A stretch of 64,000 nucleotides of DNA from contig CAVSJJ010000008.1 in assembly GCA_963728395.1 (NCBI GenBank), positions 422,227 to 486,226 of the forward strand. The letters run 5' to 3'. Every line of letters begins with the position of its first letter. Positions within the stretch are counted from its first letter, which is position 1. The notes under the pieces were generated by a model. The model was given only the letters and a program-made list of their open reading frames with translations. It made no database searches and was not told the origin of the DNA. The DNA comes from an uncultured Actinomycetota bacterium. GTDB taxonomy: Bacteria > Actinomycetota > Actinomycetes > Actinomycetales > Dermatophilaceae. A program made the position numbers and the translations under genes. This document shows, in pieces, positions 18,704 through 28,233 of this stretch.

Positions 18704-19417
18704 GTGTCCTTCCTCCCCCGCTCTTCCGGCGTCCCCGACCGCTCCGCGCACACGGCGCCGGACGGGCGCCGACTCGCCCTCGGCCGGAGCCGCCGCGCGC
18801 GCTGGCGTCGTCGCGTGCTGCGCAGGGTCGCCTCGATCCTGCTCGCGACGGCCGGCGTCGGGCTGACCGTCCTGGCCGCCGAGCAGCGATCCGCTCCCCC
18901 ACCGGCCCGCGTCGTCGTCGCGGCGGGTGACCTGTCCGGCGGGACCCGACTCGGCGTCGAGGACGTCGAGACCACCCACGTGCCTGCCGCCGCGGCCCCA
19001 CCCGGCGCGGTGAGCGCCGCGGAGGCGGTGGGGCGCCGGCTCGTCGGGCCGATCGCGGCCGGCGAGGTGCTGACCGCGACGCGCCTGCGCGCCGACGACA
19101 CGCGCGATGACGGCCGGGTCGCGGTCCACCTCCTCGCCGAGGATGCCGTCGCCCTGGACCTGGTGGGCGTCGGGTCGGTCGTCACGGTCTATCCCGCCGG
19201 CGGTGGCGCGGCCCTCACCCGCGATGGCGTCGTCGTTGCGGTCGACGCCGCCTCGACGGCCGGCTCGGCATCCGACCTCGACCCGTGGGCGGAGACCGGC
19301 GCGCCGCCGGGGCGGGGGCTCGTCGTGGCCGTCGCCCCGGTGGCGGTCGACCGCCTCTTCGCGGGGCAGCGGCCCCTGGAGGGCCCGCCCGTCGTGTCGG
19401 TCGTGCCGTCGGCGTAG
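18704..19417 (+). CDS. SAF domain-containing membrane-anchored protein (CpaB-like N-terminus)
   Basis: TM anchor (VASILLATAGVGLTVLAA), then SAF-like VVVAAGDLSGGTRLGVEDVE...PIAAGEVLTATRL. Lies between fmdB and mscL, as in mycobacteria. Confidence 0.6.
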   Translation: MSFLPRSSGVPDRSAHTAPDGRRLALGRSRRARWRRRVLRRVASILLATAGVGLTVLAAEQRSAPPPARVVVAAGDLSGGTRLGVEDVETTHVPAAAAPPGAVSAAEAVGRRLVGPIAAGEVLTATRLRADDTRDDGRVAVHLLAEDAVALDLVGVGSVVTVYPAGGGAALTRDGVVVAVDAASTAGSASDLDPWAETGAPPGRGLVVAVAPVAVDRLFAGQRPLEGPPVVSVVPSA

Positions 19418-19503
19418 TCACCCCACCGACACGCGCCGGTCCGCCGGGCGCCCTCGCCGGCCCGTCACGGGTACGTTTGAGCCTCCCGGATCCAGGAGGG
19501 TTC

Positions 19504-19869
19504 ATGAAGGGCTTCAAGGACTTCGTCCTGCGCGGCAACCTCGTCGAGCTGGCCGTCGCGTTCATCATCGCCGGCGCGTTCGGCGCCGTCGTCACGAGCT
19601 TCACGACGATGCTCATGGACATCCTCGGCAAGATCGGCGGCCAGCCGAACTTCTCGTCGTGGAGGCCCGGTGAGGTGCGGGTCGGGGTCTTCCTCACCGC
19701 ACTCGTCTCGTTCGTCATCCTCGCCGTCGTTCTGTACTTCCTCGTCGTCAAGCCGTACGAGGCCGCCAAGGCTCGGTTCGACAAGCCGGTCGAGGTCGAG
19801 GAGGCCGTCGACGAGAGCCTCGAGCTGCTCAAGCAGATCCGCGACGCCATCCGGGCGCGCGGGATCTGA
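19504..19869 (+). CDS. mscL: large-conductance mechanosensitive channel MscL
   Basis: MKGFKDFVLRGNLVELAVAFIIAGAFGAVVTSF... followed by a second TM and a C-terminal helix. RBS ggaggg. Confidence 0.92.
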   Translation: MKGFKDFVLRGNLVELAVAFIIAGAFGAVVTSFTTMLMDILGKIGGQPNFSSWRPGEVRVGVFLTALVSFVILAVVLYFLVVKPYEAAKARFDKPVEVEEAVDESLELLKQIRDAIRARGI

Positions 19870-19991
19870 CCCCCGCCCCTGTGTCCGGGTTCCTGGTCGT
19901 CAGGGCGACCGGAAACCCGGACGCAACGGCGAGCGGGCGGTGACGGGAGCGGCGGCGCTCACGCCAGGCGGCGCTCACCCCAGGGCGGCAC

Positions 19992-22900
19992 TCACTCCCA
20001 GTGCGGCGGACGCTGCTCGCGCAGCCAGCGGTCCCGGGCGTCGCGGTCCTCGCGCTCGCCCCACCCCGCGTCGGTGTCGTCGCGGGTCTGGTCGGGCTCG
20101 GAGCGCCGCCTGAGGATCCGCCGCCCCTTCGGCGTCTTGGGCGTCTTCGGCGGCGCCGGGGGCTCGGCCTGGCCCGTCGGGGCGTCGTCGCCCGAACGAT
20201 CGGGCGCCACACCGGGATGGTCGGGGGCCGCGCCGGGCTCTCCCCGGCCAGCCTCCGGCTCGGCGGCATCGCCGTCCGCGGCCGTCCCGGGGCCCGCGGT
20301 GTCCGTCTCCTCCGGCTCGGGCACCGGCTCCTCCTCGTGCTCCGGGCCACGGCCCTCCGAGGCCGCGACGATCCGGGCGATGTCGGGTGCCGGGTCCCGG
20401 AAGATGTCGCTGCTCCACACCCGCAGGTGGCGCCAGCCGAGCCGGGCCAGCTGCTCCCCACGGAGCCGGTCGCGGTCCCGGGCGCTGCGCTGGGCGGCAT
20501 ACCCCAGGCCGTCGGACTCGACGGCGAGCAGGAGCCGTCCCGCCTCGTAGCGGTGCTCGACCGCGAGGTCGACCGGGTCGGCTGAGGAGCCGTAGTCCTC
20601 GTGCACGGTCAGTCCGTGGCTGCGCAGGCCGCGGGCCAGCTCGGCCATGACGACGGAGTGGTGGCCCGGGGGCGCGCCCTCGCTCTCGGGCGAGGGGCCG
20701 GGAGCGGCGCCGCCCTCGGCGGCATACCGGAGGAATTCGCGCAGCAGCCGGGCACCACGGGCCTTGAGCTTGCCCGGGTCGAGGTCGTCGGCGACCAGCG
20801 ATGAGACAACGGTCATCCGGCGACGGGCCCGGGTCACCGCGACGTTGAGCCGACGCTCGCCGCCCTCGAGGTTGAGCGGCCCGAACCGGTGCAGGACCCG
20901 CCCGTGCGGCGTCTTGCCGTACCCGATCGTGAGAAGGACCGCGTCGCGCTCGTCGCCCTGGACCCGCTCGAGGTTCTTGACGAAGAACGGCTCGTCGCCG
21001 GTGCCGGCGAAGAAGGCCTGGACCTCGGCCGGTTCGTCGGAGAGGGCGTCCCGCATGGCGTCCTCGACGCGGGTCGCATGCTGGATCCCGAGGGCGATGA
21101 CGCCGAGGGACTCCTCGGGCCGGGTCCGAGCATGGTCGAGGACGAGCCGGACGACCCGCTCGACCTCGGCCGCGGTCGACTCGACCGCGCCCGTTCCGTC
21201 ATGGAGGACGCCGGTGCCCTCGACGAGCTCGTGGGTGAGGACCGGCCCGGTGCCGGTGCCGGGGAAGGTGACGAGCGACCCGTCGTAGATGTGGGCGTTG
21301 GCGAAGGCGATGAGCCGCTCGTCGAGCGAGCGGTAGTGCCAGGTGAGCCGCCGGCTGGGCAGCAGGGCCGCGAGCACGTCGAGGACCGACTCAACGCCCT
21401 CGGTGGGCAGGTCCTCCGCGGCGTCCGCGCCATCGGTCACCGTCGTGAAGAACGTCGTCGGGGGCAGCTGACGGGCGTCGCCGGCCACGACGACCTGATG
21501 TGCGCGGGAGATCGCCGACACCGCCTCCGCGGGCGGGATCTGCGAGGCCTCGTCGAAGACGACGACGTCGAACCACATCCCCGGGGGGAGGACCGAGGCG
21601 ACGACGAGCGGGCTCATCACCCAGCACGGCCGGGCCGACGTCGCAAGCCGGCCCGCCACCGGCAGGAGGTCACGCAGGCTCCTGTGCCGGCGTGACTTCG
21701 CGGCCTCGGTCCGGATGAGGCTCTCCTGGGCCGGGTCGTCCTCGACGGCTCGGCGCACGTGGTCGGCGACGGCCTCGCGGACCCGGGCGGCGTTGTCGCG
21801 GACGAGATCCGCGTCGGCGGCGGCGAAGTCGGCCGCGATCCGACGCAGCCGGTCACCCTGGTGACCCGCGAGCCGCTGGTCGCGGATCATGAGGTCTTCG
21901 AAGACCGAGGACCACCAGACGAGGTCGAGCTCGGCGGCGACGTCGTCGGCATCGACCCCGCGGCCGGCGAGGTCGGCCACGACCGCCCCGAAGCCGGCCG
22001 CCTCGAGATCGTCGAGGGTCCCGATGACGGTGGGGACGACGGCGAGGCGGTCCGGCCGGGCGTCGAGCTCGGCGAGTCGGGTGCGCAGCGTGTCGAGGTC
22101 GGCGTCCAGGAGCGGCTCGGCGCCGGGCCGGGCGGCCAGCCGCTCGTCGAGCCAGCGCAGGTCGGTGATGACGTCGTCGTATGCCGCGTGCGCGAGGTCG
22201 AGATCGACCGGGAGTTCGGGGCGGCCCCCGGCGCCGGCCATCTCGCGCCACGTGCTGCGCTGGGCGCTCGCCTCGATCAGGGCCGCGTGCAGGTCCTCCG
22301 GTGGCGGCCCCGGCCGCAGGAGGCGCCGGGCCTGGCGGACGAGCCGTCGGCGTTCGAACCAGCCGAACTCGATGCCGTTCGCCTTGCGGTAGGCCCGCTC
22401 ACCCGTCGCCGCGACGAGGTCGTCGAGCGGCACGTCGAACACCTCGGGACGGAAGATCTCGAGGGTGTCTCGGACCTTGGCGACGGTCTCGAGTGTCTGG
22501 CCCCACTCGCGCAGCGCGGTGGCGCGCGGCAGGTCGACCCCGGCGAACACCTCGTCGAGGGTCCGGGCGAGCGTGTCGACGCCGCCCCCCGCGAGGCGCG
22601 CCGTCACCTCACGAGCGGCCATCGCCTCCTCCGGCGTCCGGATCCGGGCTCCGAACCACGGGTCGCCGCTCGGCGCCCCCGGGTGCACGCCCGAGGGGTC
22701 GGTGATCTCGTCCCCGGCCCAGGCCCCGAGGGACGCCGCGGCCGCGAGCCGCCCACCGAGCTCGGCCACCTCCCCCCGGGAGTGCCTCGCCAGGGCGTCG
22801 CCGCGCAGCCGGACCCGACATCGCGGTGGGTGTGCTCGCGCGGCGAGGGCGCTGATGGCCTCCTGGGCCTGGTAGGCCGAGACGCCCCACGGCATCCGGA

Positions 22901-24242
22901 CCTCGTGCATGGCCTCGACATGGCCGATGAGAGCGGCTCGGGCTGCCCGCACCGTGGCCACGGTCTCGTCCGGCGGCGGCCGGTCCGAGGCGGGCGCCGG
23001 GCGGACGGTGGCGACGTCGAGCCCCGACGCGAGCCGCTGGGCGATCCGGCGCCGGGGCTGGGCGCCGTCGTGGAGGTCGAGGACGAGCCCGCCGAGGCCC
23101 ACCCGCTCGAGCCGACCGACGACGGCGTCGATCGCCGCCCGCTTCTCGGCGACGAAGAGGACCCGCTTGCCGTCCGCTGCGAGGCCCGCGACGAGGTTGG
23201 CGATCGTCTGCGACTTCCCGGTGCCGGGCGGCCCGTGGATGACGAGGTGGCTGCCCTCGCGGACGGCATCGATGGCCTCCTGCTGCGAGGAGTCGGCGTC
23301 GAGGACCACCCGGTCCCGCTCGGGGTCGCGGTCGAGGGGAGCTCTGGTGTCGGGGAGCTGGGAGCGGACCGCACGCATCGCGTCGGGGTCGCCGGCGAGC
23401 GCGGCGACGACGTCGTGGTTGGCCAGGTCGACACCCTGGGTCGACAGATCGGCGACCATCGGCAGCTTGGCGTAGGAGAAGGTCCCGATGACGATCCGCG
23501 GGGCGATCGAGAAGTCGGGGACGTTCGCGCACGCCCGGCTCACCGCGGCATACACGGGGAAGGGGTCGAAGGAGTCGTTGGCCGACGCGAGCTCCTCGAG
23601 GGCGTCGGCGTCGAGGTCGATGCCCTGCTCGGTCGAGAGGTAGTGGACGAGGACGGGGTTGAGCTCGATGTCGTCGCTGAGGTCAAGGACGTAGTCGTGC
23701 TCGGCGGCCCCGGTGGGACGCAACGTGATCGGACGCAGCAGGACCGGCGCGGCCGGCACCCGGGTCACGGTGGGGCCGAGGCTCCACGTCGCCATGCCGA
23801 GGGCGAGGAAGCCGGTGGTGATGCCGCGCTCCTCCTTCAGCTCGCGGCTCTTCGCGGCGATGGCGCGAGCGCGACGCAGGGCCTCGTCGTGGGCCCCGGC
23901 CTCACGGACCAGCGTCGAGAGGGTCGTCTCCCGGCCGGCCATGAACCGGGCGAGCCCGGCGGGGTGCGACGTCGTGAGGTCGAGGGTGCCGGTGGGCAGG
24001 TCGCGGTACCAGAGGAGGGTGTTGCGACCGCCGAGGTCGACGAGGTGCCGGGTCCAGGCGGACACGGCCGCACCGACCCGGTCGGCCCGTGGGTCCGCCG
24101 CCGGGTCGCCGGCGTCGGGACCCTCTGGGTCCCGGGGGGGACGCCCCTGCACCGGCCCCGCCGGGCGTTCGGGGTCCTCGGGCGCGCCGGGACCGGCACT
24201 CGGGCTGGGGTCCCGGCTCGGGTCGGGGCCGGCCGTGCTCAC
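19992..24242 (-). CDS. DUF4011-type Upf1-like SF1 helicase with C-terminal DUF559/Vsr-like endonuclease fold (1416 aa)
   Basis: N-terminal LVDLGGRNTLLWYRDL. Helicase motifs VIHGPPGTGKSQTI, VVVFDEASQ, VVAGDARQLPPT, LTWHYRS, ERVQGDERD, LNVAVTRAR. C-terminal VDLAVE...LAVESDG...RDRLRGEQLARLGWRHLRVWS. Disordered acidic/Pro tail. Confidence 0.85.
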   Translation of the reverse strand: MSTAGPDPSRDPSPSAGPGAPEDPERPAGPVQGRPPRDPEGPDAGDPAADPRADRVGAAVSAWTRHLVDLGGRNTLLWYRDLPTGTLDLTTSHPAGLARFMAGRETTLSTLVREAGAHDEALRRARAIAAKSRELKEERGITTGFLALGMATWSLGPTVTRVPAAPVLLRPITLRPTGAAEHDYVLDLSDDIELNPVLVHYLSTEQGIDLDADALEELASANDSFDPFPVYAAVSRACANVPDFSIAPRIVIGTFSYAKLPMVADLSTQGVDLANHDVVAALAGDPDAMRAVRSQLPDTRAPLDRDPERDRVVLDADSSQQEAIDAVREGSHLVIHGPPGTGKSQTIANLVAGLAADGKRVLFVAEKRAAIDAVVGRLERVGLGGLVLDLHDGAQPRRRIAQRLASGLDVATVRPAPASDRPPPDETVATVRAARAALIGHVEAMHEVRMPWGVSAYQAQEAISALAARAHPPRCRVRLRGDALARHSRGEVAELGGRLAAAASLGAWAGDEITDPSGVHPGAPSGDPWFGARIRTPEEAMAAREVTARLAGGGVDTLARTLDEVFAGVDLPRATALREWGQTLETVAKVRDTLEIFRPEVFDVPLDDLVAATGERAYRKANGIEFGWFERRRLVRQARRLLRPGPPPEDLHAALIEASAQRSTWREMAGAGGRPELPVDLDLAHAAYDDVITDLRWLDERLAARPGAEPLLDADLDTLRTRLAELDARPDRLAVVPTVIGTLDDLEAAGFGAVVADLAGRGVDADDVAAELDLVWWSSVFEDLMIRDQRLAGHQGDRLRRIAADFAAADADLVRDNAARVREAVADHVRRAVEDDPAQESLIRTEAAKSRRHRSLRDLLPVAGRLATSARPCWVMSPLVVASVLPPGMWFDVVVFDEASQIPPAEAVSAISRAHQVVVAGDARQLPPTTFFTTVTDGADAAEDLPTEGVESVLDVLAALLPSRRLTWHYRSLDERLIAFANAHIYDGSLVTFPGTGTGPVLTHELVEGTGVLHDGTGAVESTAAEVERVVRLVLDHARTRPEESLGVIALGIQHATRVEDAMRDALSDEPAEVQAFFAGTGDEPFFVKNLERVQGDERDAVLLTIGYGKTPHGRVLHRFGPLNLEGGERRLNVAVTRARRRMTVVSSLVADDLDPGKLKARGARLLREFLRYAAEGGAAPGPSPESEGAPPGHHSVVMAELARGLRSHGLTVHEDYGSSADPVDLAVEHRYEAGRLLLAVESDGLGYAAQRSARDRDRLRGEQLARLGWRHLRVWSSDIFRDPAPDIARIVAASEGRGPEHEEEPVPEPEETDTAGPGTAADGDAAEPEAGRGEPGAAPDHPGVAPDRSGDDAPTGQAEPPAPPKTPKTPKGRRILRRRSEPDQTRDDTDAGWGEREDRDARDRWLREQRPPHWE

Positions 24243-24302
24243 CTCAGCAGGCTAACAACGGGTGGGCCGGCGACCGGTGAGACTGGCCGGTCCCGCGCCT
24301 CA

Positions 24303-24409
24303 TTCGAGGTATTCCGGTGCCGCCGGCAGGTCCCCGAATACCTCGACCCCCAGCGCGCACGCCCGTTCGAGGTATTCCGGTGCCGCCGGCAGGTCCCCGA
24401 ATACCTCGA
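24303..24409. repeat. two tandem copies (63-bp period) of a 44-nt hairpin
   Basis: ttcgaggtattccggtgccgccggcaggtccccgaatacctcga occurs at 24303-24346 and again at 24366-24409. Each has 11-bp arms tcgaggtattc/gaatacctcga. Lies between the MFS gene stop and the helicase gene start. Confidence 0.85.
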
Positions 24410-24452
24410 ACCCGGCGAAGGGTCCGGGAGGCAGGACCCCCGGGTATGCCGG

Positions 24453-25784
24453 TCACACGGGCTCGGCGTCCGCCGCCCGTGTCGGCCGGTCCGCGCCGGC
24501 CTCCGGTCCGGCGTCGGAGCCGGGGCCGGACCCGGTGGGGGTGAGCCCGGCCGCGACGCCGATGACGACGGCGAAACCGAGGGCGACGAGTGCGAGAGCA
24601 TGGAAGCTGCCGCGGTCGACGATCACCCCGGCGACGGCGCCACCGAGGCCGGCGGCCAGCCCCATGACGAGGTCGGACGCGCCCTGGGCCCCCGGGCGCT
24701 CCGCCGCCGGCACCGCGGAGGTGAGCAGGGTCGAGCCGGAGACGAGGGTGCACGACCACCCGACGCCGAGGAGGAACAGGCCGAGCAGGAGCCGGCCCGA
24801 GCTCCCGGCCGGGGCGGCGGAGGCGAGCAGGGTCGCGGTCGAGAGGATCAGCGATCCCGCGACGGCGACCGCTCGGCCGCCGAACCGGTCGACGGCCATC
24901 CCGGTGAGCGGCGAGAGGGCGTACATGCCGAGGATGTGAACGCTGATGACGAAGCCGATGACGGTCAGCTCCGCGTGGCCGGCCCTCATGTGCAGCGGCG
25001 TCATCACCATGACGCTGACCATGACGCCATGGCCGAGGGCGAGTGCGACCAGCCCGAGCGTGGCGACGGGCCGCGCGAGGATGACCCGCAGGCCGCGCAC
25101 GACCGAGCCGTGGGGCGCGGTGGCCGGGTCGGCGGCGTCGTCCGCGATGACGTCGAGGGCGGCGAGCCGGCGGGCATCGAGGAGTGGGTCGGGGCGCAGC
25201 CGGAGCAGGATGACGACGATCCCGAGGACGAACCCGATGAGCGAGAAGACGAACGGGCCCGTGAGGCGGGGCAGCCCGAGGGCAGCCGCCACCGGGGCGC
25301 TCGGGCCGATGAGGTTGGGTCCGAGGACGCTGCCGATCGTCGTCGACCACACGACGATCGACAGGTCGCGCCCACGGTGGGCCGGGAGCGCGAGGTCGAC
25401 GGCGGCATACCGGGCCTGGCTGTTCGACGCGGTGGCGCCACCGAAGAGGACGCTCGCAGCGAGCAGGAGGGGGAAGGAGCGGACGACGCCGGCGGTGATG
25501 AGCCCGACCGCGCCGGCGAGGGCGAGGGCGTAGCCGAAGACGAGGCCGGGGCGGCGCCCGTGGGCGGCCATGATCCGGACCATGGGGACGGCGATGAGCG
25601 CGGCGCCGAGGACCTGGAAGGTGCCGCCGAGGCCGGCATACGTCGTGGCCCCGGAGACGTCCGCGGCGAGCAGGGCACCGACCGCGATGCCGGCGGAGAG
25701 CCCGACGCCACCGAGGATCTGGGAGCCGACGAGGGTGCCGAGGACGCGGCGTTGCCCGGCGCTGCGGGTCGACGTTGCGGTCAC
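24453..25784 (-). CDS. MFS transporter
   Basis: GTG start VTATSTRSAGQRRVLGTLVGSQILGG, about 12 TM segments, and an MFS-like loop (GRRPGLVFG). The upstream part of the 527-aa ORF is an Arg-rich read-through. Confidence 0.8.
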   Translation of the reverse strand: MTATSTRSAGQRRVLGTLVGSQILGGVGLSAGIAVGALLAADVSGATTYAGLGGTFQVLGAALIAVPMVRIMAAHGRRPGLVFGYALALAGAVGLITAGVVRSFPLLLAASVLFGGATASNSQARYAAVDLALPAHRGRDLSIVVWSTTIGSVLGPNLIGPSAPVAAALGLPRLTGPFVFSLIGFVLGIVVILLRLRPDPLLDARRLAALDVIADDAADPATAPHGSVVRGLRVILARPVATLGLVALALGHGVMVSVMVMTPLHMRAGHAELTVIGFVISVHILGMYALSPLTGMAVDRFGGRAVAVAGSLILSTATLLASAAPAGSSGRLLLGLFLLGVGWSCTLVSGSTLLTSAVPAAERPGAQGASDLVMGLAAGLGGAVAGVIVDRGSFHALALVALGFAVVIGVAAGLTPTGSGPGSDAGPEAGADRPTRAADAEPV

Positions 25785-26276
25785 CGGGAAAGTATGCCGT
25801 GGGCCGGGCGCTTCGGGTACGCCCGGCCCACGGGGTCGGTGGCCAGGCTCGGGGGCCTGGGCGGGTGATGCCGCCGGATCCCCCACCCCGAGGGATCCGG
25901 CGACCCTGGCAGTGCCCGCGCCGGTGCTGGTCCGGCGACGAAAGCGCTGGTGGCGCCACCCTGGTGTGAGGCGCCGCCTCGTGTCCCTCGGCTGGTGGGC
26001 CCCTCGGCTCCTCCAGCCCACGAGGCGGCGCCTCATGCGATGACAATAGCGGCTGAGATTTACCCTGTCATGGGTTTCTCTTGACTATTTCTTTACTCGG
26101 CACTGACTAGTCCGTATCGCGGCACGAGAGAGCCCGGTGTGACTGGAGGGGACCACGGAGCAGCACCGGATCCCTGGGCTGGGCGGGTTCCTGAAGCGAC
26201 CCATGGGCCCCTCGTCGCGGGTCCCGTAGGCTGGGCGCCGGCCTGGCGGCGCCCAACGTCGTCGGCCGGCCTTCCC

Positions 26277-26348
26277 GCCCTCGTAGCTCAGGGGAAGAGC
26301 ACCGCTCTCCTAAAGCGGGTGTCGCAGGTTCGAATCCTGCCGGGGGCA
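26277..26348 (+). tRNA. tRNA-Arg(CCT): tRNA-Arg (anticodon CCT), no encoded CCA
   Basis: GCCCTCGTAGCTCAGGGGAAGAGCACCGCTCTCCTAAAGCGGGTGTCGCAGGTTCGAATCCTGCCGGGGGCA. Acceptor stem GCCCTCG/CGGGGGC, anticodon loop CTCCTAA, canonical T-arm. Confidence 0.9.
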
Positions 26349-26350
26349 CT
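26307..26350 (+). repeat. attL direct repeat (3' part of tRNA-Arg)
   Basis: Identical 44-mer at 39483-39526. Confidence 0.9.
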
Positions 26351-26365
26351 TGGTGTTTGCGCAGG

Positions 26366-27514
26366 TCAGCGGCCTGCCCGGTCGGCCGTTGGGGATGCCT
26401 GGAGCCCGGCAGAGGGCGTCCGCGTCCCCGTGGCGTCCCCGAGAACGGCGTTGACCCGGGCCACGGCCGCGCGGTCGGCGTCGGTGCCCATGAGGTGCCC
26501 GTACGTGTCGAGGGTGAGCTTGGCCGTCGAGTGGCCCAGCCAGCTCGAGACCGTCTTGATGTCGACGCCGGCGGCGATCCACAGGCTGGCAGCCGTGTGC
26601 CGCAGGTCGTGGGGACGCCGGCCGAGGTTCGTCGCGGACCAGTGGACGGCGCGTCGCCAGTTCTGGGCATGGAGGTAGCCGCCGCCCGGGGCCGGGAAGA
26701 GCAGGTCCTCCGGCGCCCGGCCGTGGGCCCAGTCCTCGACGACCGGGCGGACCAGGTCGCTGAGCGGGACGAGGCGGCTGTGGCCGCTCTTCGTCGTGGC
26801 CCGCTCGATGGGGGCGCTCGTCCGGCCGGACTGGGGTACGGACCGGTGGACGGCCAGCGCCGGGTACGGCACCGAGACCACGTCCTTCACCCGCAGACCG
26901 CGCAGCTCACCGAGCCTCAGCCCGGTCAGGGCCAGGACGAGGGTGACGTCGGCGTAGCGCCCGCCGTGGGCGCGTTGGGTCTCGACGACCTCGAGGAGAA
27001 CCTCGAGCGGGAACGGGTGGATCTCGACAACCTTCCCGGTTCGCGAGTCCGGACGCGGCAGTGGCACCGCGGCGGCGGGCGAGACGACCAGGCGTCGGGT
27101 GCGGACGGCATACGCGAAGAGGCCGCGGACCGTGCTGCGGACCCGGGCCGCGGTGCGCACCGACCTGGTCGTGGCGAGGTGGGTGAGGAACCGCTCGACG
27201 TGCGGAGCAGTGATCGAGCCGATGGGCAGCCTGCCCCAGGCGGGGACGATGTGGACCCGCAGGGCGCTCTCGTCGGACTCCCAGCCGCGGACGGAGAGCT
27301 GGCCGCGGCGGGCCTCGCGGTACTCGTTGGCCAGCTCGGCGACCGTCATCTTGCCCGCCGACGGCGGCACGAACTCGCCGAGGGCCAGCAGCCGGATCTG
27401 CTCGGCCTCCCACCGCAGCGCATCGCCGCGCCGGGTGAAGGTGCGGTCGGCGACGACGATGCCGCGCGACTTCACGCGCGCCCGCCAGCGGCCGTTGGCG
27501 GTCTTGTTGACCAT
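26366..27514 (-). CDS. int: tyrosine-type site-specific integrase
   Basis: Begins MVNKTANGRWRARVKSRG. Catalytic region LTGLRLGELRGLRV...HDLRHTAASLWIAAGVDIKTVSSWLGHSTAKLTLDTYGHL. The ATG overlaps the xis stop (ATGA). Confidence 0.9.
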   Translation of the reverse strand: MVNKTANGRWRARVKSRGIVVADRTFTRRGDALRWEAEQIRLLALGEFVPPSAGKMTVAELANEYREARRGQLSVRGWESDESALRVHIVPAWGRLPIGSITAPHVERFLTHLATTRSVRTAARVRSTVRGLFAYAVRTRRLVVSPAAAVPLPRPDSRTGKVVEIHPFPLEVLLEVVETQRAHGGRYADVTLVLALTGLRLGELRGLRVKDVVSVPYPALAVHRSVPQSGRTSAPIERATTKSGHSRLVPLSDLVRPVVEDWAHGRAPEDLLFPAPGGGYLHAQNWRRAVHWSATNLGRRPHDLRHTAASLWIAAGVDIKTVSSWLGHSTAKLTLDTYGHLMGTDADRAAVARVNAVLGDATGTRTPSAGLQASPTADRAGR

Positions 27515-27750
27515 CAGCCGGCCTCGCGCTGGGCTTCGATCCAGGCGTTGAGCTCGGCCGGGGTCCAGAAGCAGCGGCGGCCGATCTTGATGGCGGGCGC
27601 GAACCGGCCGTGGGTGCGCAGGTAGCCGAGGGTGTCCCGGGTGATCCGGCACCACGCGGCCGCCTCGTTGACCGACAGCAGCCGCGGGGGCTGGACCTGC
27701 TCGTCCTGGGTGGTGGTCTCGGTCATCGCGTTCTCCTCGGTGATCGTCAT
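27514..27750 (-). CDS. xis: excisionase-family (HTH_17/MerR-like) DNA-binding protein
   Basis: LLSVNEAAAWCRITRDTLGYLRTHGRFAPAIKIGRRCFWTPAELNAWIE. Translationally coupled to int. Confidence 0.8.
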   Translation of the reverse strand: MTITEENAMTETTTQDEQVQPPRLLSVNEAAAWCRITRDTLGYLRTHGRFAPAIKIGRRCFWTPAELNAWIEAQREAG

Positions 27751-27831
27751 CGGTGTTCTTCTCCTCTATCTCGTATGCCGTGGTCCGTCACCATCGGCTC
27801 GGTGTGCTGTGGATAGGCGCGGCACGGGGCA

Positions 27832-28233
27832 CTACCTGTGGACACGCTCGTGGTCCTCCACCGCGGCCGCGATCAGTCGGAGCTGACGACGGGCGTACCG
27901 TCGCTGAGCGGCTTCGAGGTCTTGTCCGTGCGCGTAGAGCGTCATCAGGCCCGGCCAGCCGGAGGCGGATCCGGCGAGCAGGCGGAGGAGGGTGCGCTGG
28001 GCGGCGTCGGGCAGCCGGAGGTGGCGCAGCATCGCCTTGGTGGTGGCGCGGGAGTTGCCGCCCGCCGTGCCGTTGGCCAGCGTGCGCATCGGTTCGGCCG
28101 CTCCGTTGATGCGGGCCACGTCGAGGCGCGCGGCCAGGACCTCGAGGGCGGGGATCAGCCGCACCTGTCGCAGCGCTCGGGGCGTCACGCGGAGTTGCCG
28201 GATTGCCCACTCCTGGAACGGCTCTGGGCTCAT
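27832..28233 (-). CDS. hypothetical protein (133 aa), element-borne
   Basis: ORF co-oriented with int/xis, with a 4-nt overlap to the upstream ORF. No recognisable motifs. Confidence 0.4.
   Translation of the reverse strand: MSPEPFQEWAIRQLRVTPRALRQVRLIPALEVLAARLDVARINGAAEPMRTLANGTAGGNSRATTKAMLRHLRLPDAAQRTLLRLLAGSASGWPGLMTLYAHGQDLEAAQRRYARRQLRLIAAAVEDHERVHR

Noticed and set aside
24303-24409. CRISPR array, considered for the tandem repeats at 24303-24409 and 39588-39642.
   Set aside because: The first has only two copies, separated by a single 19-bp gap. The second has 2.5 directly abutting copies with no spacers. There are no cas genes in the window.
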